A stretch of 64,000 bases of DNA from Dehalococcoidia bacterium (GTDB taxonomy: Bacteria > Chloroflexota > Dehalococcoidia > Lucifugimonadales > UBA3495). The stretch is taken from the NCBI GenBank assembly GCA_965237775.1, contig OZ250155.1, forward strand, positions 17,084 to 81,083, in the 5' to 3' direction. Within the stretch, counting starts at the first letter, position 1; every line of letters begins with the position of its first letter. A program made the position numbers and the translations under genes. Shown here in pieces: positions 45,262 through 53,525 of this stretch. The notes under the pieces were generated by a model that made no database searches, was not told the DNA's origin, and saw nothing but the letters and a program-made list of their open reading frames with translations.

Positions 45262-45930
45262 TCAGGGAACCGTGATCGTCTCGGTGACATACTCGCTTAT
45301 GCGCTCGTTCCCCTCGGAGTCCGTAATCCTCGTGGCGGCTTTCACCGTGAACGGACCGCTTTTGAAGGCCGGAGCGCTACCAGACACCCTCCCATCAACA
45401 ACGGATGAGGTGGTATGGGAGTAGACTCGCTGGGAGCCTTCCCGCATTTCATACCTGTACTCTGCGCCGTCTGGCGCGCCGGGCGGTACGTTGAAGGACC
45501 AATGTACTCTCTTAGAGCTCAGTAGACGGAGAGATAGATTCACTGGAGCAGGCAGAAGGGTCGAAAAGGCTTCGGACAGCATGTTGCTCGTGCGTTCCGA
45601 GTGATCCTCATCGACCGAAATTTGGGCCCCCCCCCCCGATCCATCTCCCGAATGCTCCTCTACCGTCACGCCAGACTTCACGGATACCGACGCCACGTAG
45701 CTCAGGCCGGGTTTTAATCCCTCAACCACCACAGGAGACACCACAGAGTACGTGGTGTTCACCGGAGACCCGTCGAGGGCCACCTGGACCTGGTAGCCAT
45801 AGCCTTCCGGTAGGGTTTCTGGACCCTTCCACCCGACGCTAACGGAGTCTTGTCCAGGTGCCAGACCCAAGTCAGATATCTGTACCGGCTGGCCGGTGAA
45901 ACTCTCACTGGTTAGCAATATCGTGTTCAT
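45262..45930 (-). CDS. Protein with two FN3/Ig-like domains (virion-associated candidate)
   Basis: The 222-aa ORF has two beta-sandwich-like halves (VSVGWKGPETLPEGYGYQVQV...GLKPGLSYVASVSV and VHWSFNVPPGAPDGAEYRYEM) joined by a linker encoded across a G11 run. Confidence 0.55.
   Translation of the reverse strand: MNTILLTSESFTGQPVQISDLGLAPGQDSVSVGWKGPETLPEGYGYQVQVALDGSPVNTTYSVVSPVVVEGLKPGLSYVASVSVKSGVTVEEHSGDGSGGGAQISVDEDHSERTSNMLSEAFSTLLPAPVNLSLRLLSSKRVHWSFNVPPGAPDGAEYRYEMREGSQRVYSHTTSSVVDGRVSGSAPAFKSGPFTVKAATRITDSEGNERISEYVTETITVP
45627..45637. repeat. C11 homopolymer (G11 on the coding strand) inside 45262..45930
   Basis: The sequence tttgggCCCCCCCCCCCgatcc is visible directly. It encodes the GSGGGA linker between the two FN3-like halves. 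Confidence 0.95.
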
Positions 45931-45999
45931 CTCTTCTCCCGGTCACGCTCCAGGTAGTTGGAGTCGCTGACCCGCATCTATGCTAGGACCACGGCTGCG

Positions 46000-48804
46000 T
46001 TATGATCCGTAGTCCTCTTCCTCGTCGTCAGACCCCATGTCGTAGTCACCGTCATCGTCGTCACCACCGCCGCCGCTGCCACCGTTGTCCTCTTCCTCGT
46101 CGTCACCACCGCCGGACTCCTCATCCTCAAGGTCGTCGTCGTTCCCACTCCCGCCGGAGCCGGAGTCATCATCATCGTCTGCTCCTCCGCTAGCATCGCC
46201 TCCGGTGTCCTCCTCTTCGTCGTCACCACCACCACCGCCTCCGGCGTCCTCTTCCTCATCGTCCCCTCCGCCAGCATCGCCTCCGGTGTCCTCCTCTTCG
46301 TCATCCCCGCCGCCGGAGTCGTCATCGCCGGAGTCGTCGTCATCGTCGTCGTCGTACCCGTGACCGCCTCCCGAGCCAAAACTGGAGGAATCGCTGCTGG
46401 AGGAACTGCTGCTGGAAGAGCCTCCTCCGGCATCTTCCTCATCTTCGGTCTGGCCTCCAATGGTGCCCTCACCGGCTCCCCCGGAGCTGTCACCCGGAGG
46501 GTCAGCGGGGGTGGATCCGAACTCTCCCATCTCCTCCTGTAGCTGTTCCTCCATGCTGACTTGGGGGATGGCTTCCGGTTCCGGTTCCGGTTCGGGTTCG
46601 GGTTCGGGTTCGGGCGGTGGCGGGGGGTCATCATCACCGTTACCAGAGGGGGTCGCGGTGGTTCCTTCTCCAGGGGGGGTCGCGGTGGGTATATCGGGCG
46701 TCTCGGGGCCATTCGGTGGCTGGCCTTGCCCATCATCGTCGTCATCGTGAAACCCAGGGGTCTGTGGTGTCACCACCACGGCTCCCTGCGGTTGCTGCGC
46801 CACGGCTGCCGGAGGTAAAACTGGGGGCGTCACGACCGCCGGCTTAACCCCTACGTCCCCTTGAATGGACGCGAGAACCTCGACTTGTACATCAAGCTCC
46901 GCCGCAGTTTTGACCACTTCCTCGGTGTCGTCTTCAGCCTGCTCCAGCGCTTGCTCTGCTACTTGAGACAACTGCTGCGCCTGCTCGGCGTAATCGTCGG
47001 CTCGTTCCTGGGCCGCCTGCGCTACGGCTACATCACCCGAATCCTGGGCGGCCAGCGCCTCGTTCAAAGCGTCTTGAGCAAGAGTGCTGAGGTCTTGCGC
47101 CTGAGCCGACGCATCCACCGCGATCTGATGGGATTCGGCCACCTGATTGGTCAGCGCCTCGATACGCTCCGCCAGGTCCGAAATCTGAGTGGATACATGG
47201 GCTGCCTGGTCCGATAACGCCGCCAGTTCCCGAGCTTCATCCGCAGCCTGAATCGCATCCAGCGTGTCGTCTCCTGCCAGGGACTCGGCCCTCGCCGCCT
47301 CAGCCGCCTGTGTTGCAAGGTCAGAAATCGCTCGGGAATTGATTGCCGCTGCTGACGCCGCAATAGTGCTATCAACCACGATGCGAGCGGACTGGCTTAC
47401 CAACTGCGATGCTGCTTGGGCGTCATCACGAGTGGATTGGGCTGCTTCAGTGACGGTCTTAAAAGCCGCCTTCGCTTCGTCCGCAGACGCTTCCGCCGCG
47501 GTCTTCTTTTTGTCCTTTGGTTTCTCGGGGACCGGCACTACCCCCTTCTTCTTCTCTTTCGGTTTGACCATCGCAGGGGCGCTAGGCGTCCCGGTAGCGG
47601 CGACCCAACCACTCGCAGCCTCAAAGACTCCTGCTGGGTTGTAATACACCGCCCTCACCCGGACCTGGTAGGGGTCCGGCACCAAACCGGTAAGATTGTA
47701 AGCCTCGGTGTACACGTAAATCGGGGTTGCGGGAGTCCACTCCGTCCAGTCGGTGTCTCCGGTATCCGGGTTTTCTACGAGGAATTTGTACTGCATCTGG
47801 TAGACGTCGGTTGACGGGTTGAACGAGGCTGGCCGCACCCAGCCAATGAGTAGTTGTCCAGGGTTCAGGCCCGGGTACACCGCCAAGCTACCGGGCGCTT
47901 CGTAGGTCCTCGGCACTCCTGACGTGGGTGTGCCGTAGGCGTAGGCGTACAGGATGGGCGCGTCCACGTCCGGGTCTGCGTCGCCACAGACGGTCTTGGC
48001 TCTCACCTGGTGCCGCTCCGATCCCAATCCCTCCAGGATCAAACCGTTGCCGGTCACGGAGTATGGCGGCACGGGAAGCCAGCCGCTCCAGTGGTGTTCG
48101 CCGGTCTCGGGTATCTCGTGCTCGACCCGGTACTCCAGCTCGAAGTGGTCCTTGGCCGGGTCGAACCCCTCAGGGTCTGTCCATGTGGCCGAGAGTTGGC
48201 CGACGGTGCCAGTGGGCCTGGCCTGCATAGCGACGGGCGCCGGGCATGGCGCCACGGTCACGACCGGGGGCCGCGGGGTTACTCTTCCCGTAACCCACGG
48301 ACTCACCATCTCCACATTACCGTCTGCGTCGAAGCAGACTGTCCGCACTTGGATTTGGTGCTCTACGGTGGGAAGTCCGCGCACCGTGAAGCTCGTGCTG
48401 GTTGTCCGGGCTGCGGGATCGGGAGTCCAAGGGTCCCAATTCAGATCCCCGGTCTCCTGGTCTTCGGTGGCGCCCCGGTGCTGATACTCGAAGCTGTGTG
48501 TGTTCGGGTCGAAGCTCGGCGCCACCACCCAGGAAGACGTGAATCCGAACACCAATGCGGCCAGGCTGAGGTTTTCGGGAGGGTCGCATTGTGTGATAAC
48601 CGGCGCGCCAAGGGTCGCTCGTGCGTATACCTCCTCGCTCATGCCTTCTATATTGCCGTTGGAGTCGTAGCAAACGGTCCAAACCTTGAACAGGTAGGTG
48701 CCAGGGTCCATGCCAGTAAGGTGTTGGTCCGTGTCTCCAATGACCAGGGGAGTTTGGGGAATCCACTCGGTCCAATCCCCCGTTTCAGGGTCCCCTATTG
48801 CCAT
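46000..48804 (-). CDS. Giant-gene segment 3: FN3-like repeats, a coiled coil of about 250 aa, a Pro-rich region and a polyacidic Asp/Glu/Gly tail of about 190 aa
   Basis: The 934-aa ORF has recurrent FN3 signatures (FDPNTHSFEYQHR...ETGDLNWDPWTP; FDPAKDHFELEYR...ETGEHHWSGWLP; FNPSTDVYQMQYK...DTGDTDWTEWTP). An Ala/Gln/Glu-rich helix follows, then (PE)7, then a tail such as GGDDEEEDTGGDAGGGDDEEEDAGGG. Confidence 0.75.
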   Translation of the reverse strand: MAIGDPETGDWTEWIPQTPLVIGDTDQHLTGMDPGTYLFKVWTVCYDSNGNIEGMSEEVYARATLGAPVITQCDPPENLSLAALVFGFTSSWVVAPSFDPNTHSFEYQHRGATEDQETGDLNWDPWTPDPAARTTSTSFTVRGLPTVEHQIQVRTVCFDADGNVEMVSPWVTGRVTPRPPVVTVAPCPAPVAMQARPTGTVGQLSATWTDPEGFDPAKDHFELEYRVEHEIPETGEHHWSGWLPVPPYSVTGNGLILEGLGSERHQVRAKTVCGDADPDVDAPILYAYAYGTPTSGVPRTYEAPGSLAVYPGLNPGQLLIGWVRPASFNPSTDVYQMQYKFLVENPDTGDTDWTEWTPATPIYVYTEAYNLTGLVPDPYQVRVRAVYYNPAGVFEAASGWVAATGTPSAPAMVKPKEKKKGVVPVPEKPKDKKKTAAEASADEAKAAFKTVTEAAQSTRDDAQAASQLVSQSARIVVDSTIAASAAAINSRAISDLATQAAEAARAESLAGDDTLDAIQAADEARELAALSDQAAHVSTQISDLAERIEALTNQVAESHQIAVDASAQAQDLSTLAQDALNEALAAQDSGDVAVAQAAQERADDYAEQAQQLSQVAEQALEQAEDDTEEVVKTAAELDVQVEVLASIQGDVGVKPAVVTPPVLPPAAVAQQPQGAVVVTPQTPGFHDDDDDGQGQPPNGPETPDIPTATPPGEGTTATPSGNGDDDPPPPPEPEPEPEPEPEPEAIPQVSMEEQLQEEMGEFGSTPADPPGDSSGGAGEGTIGGQTEDEEDAGGGSSSSSSSSSDSSSFGSGGGHGYDDDDDDDSGDDDSGGGDDEEEDTGGDAGGGDDEEEDAGGGGGGDDEEEDTGGDASGGADDDDDSGSGGSGNDDDLEDEESGGGDDEEEDNGGSGGGGDDDDGDYDMGSDDEEEDYGS
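46573..46614. repeat. Hexanucleotide tandem repeat (ttccgg three times, ttcggg four times) encoding (PE)7
   Basis: The repeat is visible directly and lies within the giant-gene segment 46000..48804. Confidence 0.9.
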
Positions 48805-49451
48805 TGCGTACTCGAACAGGAACTGTGCTTGGAAGGGTCGAAGCCTTCAGGTTCATTGAAGGTGAGGACCAGCGTGCTGGGAGGCGAAACGGTGACCCCA
48901 AGGTTCTCGGGCGCGGGACAGGCATCGACAGTTGCAGGAGTTGCTGAGGCATCGACGGGAACGCTTCGGCAGACCTCAACACCCGCCTCATCGTGATAGA
49001 CCACCGCAACTCGAAACTCGTGGAGCACCGGGTCGAGCCCGTTGATGATGAGACCCTTACTGGTGACCACCCAGGATTCGACGGGCCACCAGGGCACTTC
49101 GTTCATCTCCTCGGCGACTGCATCCCATTCGATCTTCCTGGCCTGGACCTCGTAGTGGTGGCGTGCGGGGTCATGGTCTTCCGCATGGGTCCAGGCCAAT
49201 TGCAGTTGCCTAGCTTTCTTGGCGGGAAACGCCCGGAAGAACAGGGGTGCATGGAGCCTGGCCGTAAACTCTCCGGTGATGACACCGCTGTACAAGGGGT
49301 CGGTTCTCCAGGAGACATGCGACCTGGTGGCGACGCTGAACGTATAGGGAACGCAGGGGTCGAGGCCGTAGACCACTCCCGGAGGCACGGCGATAGTCTC
49401 TTCCTCTTGGGTATCGTCGTCCTGGTCTCGGTTGGTCTCCCAGAAAATCAC
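48795..49451 (-). CDS. Giant-gene segment 2: two FN3-like domains
   Basis: The 218-aa ORF ends with FDPSKHSSCSSTQWQ*. In the -1 frame the same DNA reads ...FLFEYAMAIGDPETGDWTEWIP, which completes the FN3 signature and runs into 46000..48804. Confidence 0.65.
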   Translation of the reverse strand: MIFWETNRDQDDDTQEEETIAVPPGVVYGLDPCVPYTFSVATRSHVSWRTDPLYSGVITGEFTARLHAPLFFRAFPAKKARQLQLAWTHAEDHDPARHHYEVQARKIEWDAVAEEMNEVPWWPVESWVVTSKGLIINGLDPVLHEFRVAVVYHDEAGVEVCRSVPVDASATPATVDACPAPENLGVTVSPPSTLVLTFNEPEGFDPSKHSSCSSTQWQ

Positions 49452-50401
49452 CCGGTAAGCCGAACCACTGGGCCGTTCGGAGGGGTGTCGAAGTCCACTA
49501 CGGCGGTGCCAGCGGCTCTGCCGGGCTTCAGGGTCAAGTTGCTGGGGTCGGGGATAAGACCCGTTAGGGTCAGGGTGAAATCGCCAGTCTCCTGTTCAAA
49601 CGTCGTCGCTTCGACTGTGTACATGCCCGGGTTCAGGTCGATGACCAGCCGGGAGTCGGTGAGTGAGCCACTGTCATCGTCGGACGCGATTATTGTTCCA
49701 GATTTACCGCGGCCTTCCAGAATGAAGACGTAGGGATTCTCTGCCGATTCCAGGTCCAGCCTAATCCGCGTCGGGTAGCTGAGCGAGAAGGCGAAATACC
49801 TGGCGTACATGCCAGAGCGGTTAACGGATAATAGGTCGGCACCATAGCTCCCTTCGCGGATCACCCGGTCACCCGCGTTCAGGACTCCAAGCCACTCGAT
49901 CTCATGGACGGGAGGCGCGTCGCCCGCGCCCGACACGTCCACCAGCACCGTTATCTCTTCGCCGGATTTCTCCGCGTTGGCCAGGGAGCGGCCGATGATG
50001 GGCTCATCGGCGGAGGTCGCTTTCTTGACCAGAGCAACGGGATGCCCCTTGAGAAACTTGGTCTCCATCGCGGGGGTCAAGGGGTCACCGATGGATACTG
50101 CTCCCGTTGCGCTGGCCTGCGCCAGACCCCGGACCACCAGTTGCACCGGGTCGTCTTTCCCGGTGCTCCGGTCGCCCAACGACTCGTCAGACTTGGTATG
50201 GACGATGCCGATGACGCGCCGAACGTCTACGCCCTCCTTCATTTTGAACAGCCGTGGCAAATTCAAAGAATTCGGGGCCTGCTGGATACCCAATACGTCT
50301 CCAGCAGCCAGAATCTCCCCTGCGCGGAAGTACTCGTCGATGATGATCCGGCGACCCTCAAACCCTTCACTTGTCAATACTGGTACTGGCACTTCTATCA
50401 C
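49448..50401 (-). CDS. Giant-gene segment 1: DUF2190-like beta-barrel, PPC (pre-peptidase C-terminal)-like domain, and the start of an FN3 domain
   Basis: The 317-aa ORF has a GTG start preceded by GAAGAAGAGG. Its N-terminal domain is paralogous to the C-terminal domains of the four protease genes (VPVLTSEGFEGRRIIIDEYFRAGEILAAGDVLGI...VIGIVHT...LVVRGLAQA...IGDPLTP...IIGRSL...ITVLVDV). The PPC-like part reads YFAFSLSYPTRIRLDLES...ASDDDSG...GMYTVEATTF...GDFTLTLTG. Confidence 0.7.
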   Translation of the reverse strand: MIEVPVPVLTSEGFEGRRIIIDEYFRAGEILAAGDVLGIQQAPNSLNLPRLFKMKEGVDVRRVIGIVHTKSDESLGDRSTGKDDPVQLVVRGLAQASATGAVSIGDPLTPAMETKFLKGHPVALVKKATSADEPIIGRSLANAEKSGEEITVLVDVSGAGDAPPVHEIEWLGVLNAGDRVIREGSYGADLLSVNRSGMYARYFAFSLSYPTRIRLDLESAENPYVFILEGRGKSGTIIASDDDSGSLTDSRLVIDLNPGMYTVEATTFEQETGDFTLTLTGLIPDPSNLTLKPGRAAGTAVVDFDTPPNGPVVRLTG

Positions 50402-50466
50402 CTCTTCTTCACCTGCCGGTCATAGAACCGGCTACCGAATCCGCTCCTTGGTATCTACAGTCTCAG

Positions 50467-51639
50467 CTATTGATTCCCTAGGCTTAGCGGGGTACCTGCT
50501 GCGTCTATTAGCAATTCGATATCCTGTCCAGGGCCCGTCGCGTTGGTGACGCTCCTTCCTAAGATCGGCTCATCTGTCCGAGTAGCTTTCTTGACTCTTG
50601 CGACGGGTTCTTTGTCCGGGTGTGCTTGAAGACTGCTATCCGGGGTCACTGGGTCTCCAACTCCTATGGGAGAGGCGGACATGCTCTTCGCCAGCCCGTG
50701 AACAACCACGGGTACCAAATGTGCCTTAGAGGCAATGAGGTCCCCTATAGCTTTATGGGCCGGAGTGTGGACGACCCCAATAACGCTATGAGACGCCGTT
50801 TTCCCGATGACCTTGAACACGGAGGGCTTGTTGGGCATGGATGGGTCCTCTCTGACGCCCACAACGTCCCCCGCGCTCAAGGGCTCTCCCGCGACGAAGT
50901 AGTCATTAACTATCACCCGCCGAGCACTAAGTGTGTCAGTGTGCCCTCGATAGCCGAACGTGATATCGAGTTCATGCTCAGCAACAGAAGCTGGCATTGC
51001 CCAGATTTCTCCTTTTTCGGGTATCCCGGCGAACGCAATGGCTGCTAATTGGTATACACCAGGAGCAGAAGCGTACAAGATTGGGGCTCCAGAATCGGTT
51101 TCTACCATTGGAGTTCCTAAGTCATCAACAACGACTACTCCCGTGTAAGCGACTTCTGCCGACTTTCCGGCGCCCCCAAACTGTGTATGAACGATCTCAC
51201 GTGATCCGGTTCGGAGGACTCGAACTGGTCTGACTCCAGTACCAACTCCCACCATGATCAAGGGCGTGTCTATTCCAGGTTCTTCTACCCCAGCGAGTAA
51301 CACTCCCAAGTCGTGGCCCTCGTTATGGATTTCATAGGAAGCGGTGATGCCCTCGTCCAGGGTGGCTATCCCGAAGTCCCCGATGTTGTCCTCCGTGGTT
51401 GACGCTGGAATCCAGTCGAAAATCATCCCCACACGGTTAGGGGATGACCCTACTGGCTGGAATAGCGGAGCAAGGTCATCCACATCCCACATCCCTGGGA
51501 CGCTCACCATTACATGAAGATTCGTGGTCAGAACCGGAGTTTGGTCTGAGTTCAGTGTTGCAATGGCGGTCAGAGTGCCACCATTGATGTTTGTGCCGGC
51601 CATTAGTGGCCTATGCGGCGTGTTTGGCTTAGCCATCAT
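50467..51639 (-). CDS. Cassette 1 protease: leaderless chymotrypsin-fold serine protease fused to a DUF2190-like C-terminal domain (390 aa)
   Basis: The N-terminus reads PHRPLMAG...GGTLTAIATL. The triad candidates are LTTNLHV (His), NIGDFGIATL (Asp) and ETDSGAPIL (Ser). The C-terminal domain reads AGDVVGV...VIGVVHTPA...LVPVVVHGLAKS...IGVGDPVTP...ILGRSV...IELLID. Confidence 0.75.
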   Translation of the reverse strand: MMAKPNTPHRPLMAGTNINGGTLTAIATLNSDQTPVLTTNLHVMVSVPGMWDVDDLAPLFQPVGSSPNRVGMIFDWIPASTTEDNIGDFGIATLDEGITASYEIHNEGHDLGVLLAGVEEPGIDTPLIMVGVGTGVRPVRVLRTGSREIVHTQFGGAGKSAEVAYTGVVVVDDLGTPMVETDSGAPILYASAPGVYQLAAIAFAGIPEKGEIWAMPASVAEHELDITFGYRGHTDTLSARRVIVNDYFVAGEPLSAGDVVGVREDPSMPNKPSVFKVIGKTASHSVIGVVHTPAHKAIGDLIASKAHLVPVVVHGLAKSMSASPIGVGDPVTPDSSLQAHPDKEPVARVKKATRTDEPILGRSVTNATGPGQDIELLIDAAGTPLSLGNQ

Positions 51640-51689
51640 CCAACTGCTCCTGACTCATGAGTTCGTCTAAGGAAACACATGTCGTCTCT

Positions 51690-52205
51690 TTAATAGTAGC
51701 GACCCATCGGTCTCTGGTGGATCTGTACCCTTACCCCGTCCAAGGTAGCAGGTACTCGTTGCTGCTCGGGTATCGAGCCATTGGAGACTTTCTCGGTGAC
51801 GGACAAAAGGATGCCGACTTCGTCCGAAAACTGCCCATCTCGGTCGTACAAGAACCAAACCGACAGCCCACTGGCATTAGGGTGGCTCAATAATCGAACT
51901 GCGTGCTTGTCCACGATAGGTTGAATTCTCTTTACATCTCTTCGGAAACGAAGCAGCTGGTCCGGGCTGAGTCTGTCCAGCTTGCTTGACATCGTTTCGA
52001 CCTGACTCGCATCATCGAAGAATTGGGCGTAAGAGGGGTCTCCACTTCCCTGGTCGAACTGATCCCGCTGACAGGCCAAAGTTACCGTCAGAACTGCTAG
52101 TGTCATCAACATAAACATGGTCCAGAGAACGGGCGGTAACCTCCTTCCTCGCACGATAGTCTGGATACCTTCAAACCCTTCGCTGGTCAGAACTGGGACC
52201 GTCAC
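51690..52205 (-). CDS. Cassette 1 lipoprotein with a pro-domain-like C-terminal block
   Basis: The signal and lipobox read MFMLMTLAVLTVTLAC|QRD. The C-terminal block reads HPNASGLSVWFLYDRDGQFSDEVGILLSVTEKV...RVPATLDGVRVQIHQRP. The first 12 codons (VPVLTSEGFEG) copy the DUF2190-domain junction motif. Confidence 0.65.
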   Translation of the reverse strand: MTVPVLTSEGFEGIQTIVRGRRLPPVLWTMFMLMTLAVLTVTLACQRDQFDQGSGDPSYAQFFDDASQVETMSSKLDRLSPDQLLRFRRDVKRIQPIVDKHAVRLLSHPNASGLSVWFLYDRDGQFSDEVGILLSVTEKVSNGSIPEQQRVPATLDGVRVQIHQRPMGRYY

Positions 52206-52272
52206 TTCTCTAACCTCTTCAGCCGCCGGTCATTAGCCGGCTTTGTTTCTAGGATTGAGTCTTGTTTTGGCT

Positions 52273-53496
52273 CTACCCTGCCGGCGGTGCGAATGTGGGC
52301 CCGGCGATGTCTACTATTACTTCGATTACCCGGCTGTCAGCGTCTTCTCCAGTTACCCCAGAAGAAACGCAACGGCCTACGATGGGCTCGCTTATGGAAG
52401 TAGCCGTCTTCACTCTGAACGGGGTATCGGTGTCTAGGTCCTTGCTGGGCATATCAGGGGTGACGGCATCCCCGGGTTCAACGTCGTTCGAGGCCCTCGT
52501 CTTGGCGATGCCCTGGACCACCACCGGAACGAGGGCCGTCGCCTTGGCAACCAAGTCCCCAACGCTTTTGGTCCGGGGCGTGTGGTCTATACCGATGAGC
52601 ATGTGCGGCGCGGTCTCCGAGTCCATCCTGAATAAAGCTGGGTCATCGTCCGACTCCGAGACGGGATTGATGCCTACGACGTCACCGGCCATCAGGTCCT
52701 CACCAGCTTTGAAGTAATCGTCGATGATGAACCTGCGCCCCAGAAATCCTTCTTGGTTGAGAAGTGGAAGACCCAGGTTCCGGGGGTTCCTCTCCAGAAG
52801 GATGGAGTTATCACCGAAGAAGAACTCCAGCTCGGATTCTGCAATATGAGCGGAAAGGCCAAAGCCGATGCCCAGGGCAAGATTGGAGGCAAATACAACT
52901 CCGCACATACGGAATATGCCGGGGCTGTCCTCATATAAGATCGGAGCACCGGAATCCCCACGCACCAATGGACGGTCGTGCGGCAGAACAATCATTACTG
53001 GATACCAGTCGTAACCCTGAAAAGAAAAACCTTGGTTGATGAAGAAAACAGTACCCCGTTGAACACCTGATATTGCTCCCAATATGTGAACGGTCATGCC
53101 CACTCGCGGTGGTATGGACGCGGAGACGATCATCCCTAGATCGTGGGCAGGATTGTGAGCCTCAAATTCAGCGTCTACTCCAGATTCCAGTTCCAACACC
53201 GCCAGGTCCACCGAGTTGGTTACGCCGACAGACACCGGAGCCGAATCGTACATCCGGGCCACTAGATGGTCCGCGATGTCCCGGTCATTTTGGTACATCT
53301 CTTCTGTACGAGTGCGGGCGAACGTAGCCACGGTCACTACGTGAAGGCAGGTGGCCAAGAGTGGGTTGTTGGTTCGCCTGCTGGTCCCTAGCCCGGACAA
53401 GGTTCCAAACGCATTCCTGGTACGAATGCCCGGCGTCTTGACCTCGACGTAGAGACCCGCCATGAGAGGACGGTGCCAAGATTGTCTTTCAGTCAT
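52273..53496 (-). CDS. Cassette 2 protease: leaderless chymotrypsin-fold serine protease fused to a DUF2190-like domain (407 aa)
   Basis: The N-terminus reads WHRPLMAG...FGTLSGL. The triad candidates are LATCLHVV, SVDLAVLEL and RGDSGAPIL. The junction motif reads LPLLNQEGFLGRRFIIDDYFKAGEDLMAGDVVGI, followed by LIGIDHTP, LVPVVVQGIAK and IVGRCV. Confidence 0.8.
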   Translation of the reverse strand: MTERQSWHRPLMAGLYVEVKTPGIRTRNAFGTLSGLGTSRRTNNPLLATCLHVVTVATFARTRTEEMYQNDRDIADHLVARMYDSAPVSVGVTNSVDLAVLELESGVDAEFEAHNPAHDLGMIVSASIPPRVGMTVHILGAISGVQRGTVFFINQGFSFQGYDWYPVMIVLPHDRPLVRGDSGAPILYEDSPGIFRMCGVVFASNLALGIGFGLSAHIAESELEFFFGDNSILLERNPRNLGLPLLNQEGFLGRRFIIDDYFKAGEDLMAGDVVGINPVSESDDDPALFRMDSETAPHMLIGIDHTPRTKSVGDLVAKATALVPVVVQGIAKTRASNDVEPGDAVTPDMPSKDLDTDTPFRVKTATSISEPIVGRCVSSGVTGEDADSRVIEVIVDIAGPTFAPPAG

Positions 53497-53525
53497 TGTG
53501 TGTCTGAATCCTCCTAAGGAACGGG

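Noticed and set aside
45978-46745. A 255-aa alternative-frame ORF across the acidic-tail region.
   Set aside because: It is a low-complexity Thr/Pro/Arg translation of the same repeats. The frame continuous with the FN3 and coiled-coil protein (46000..48804) is the more plausible product.
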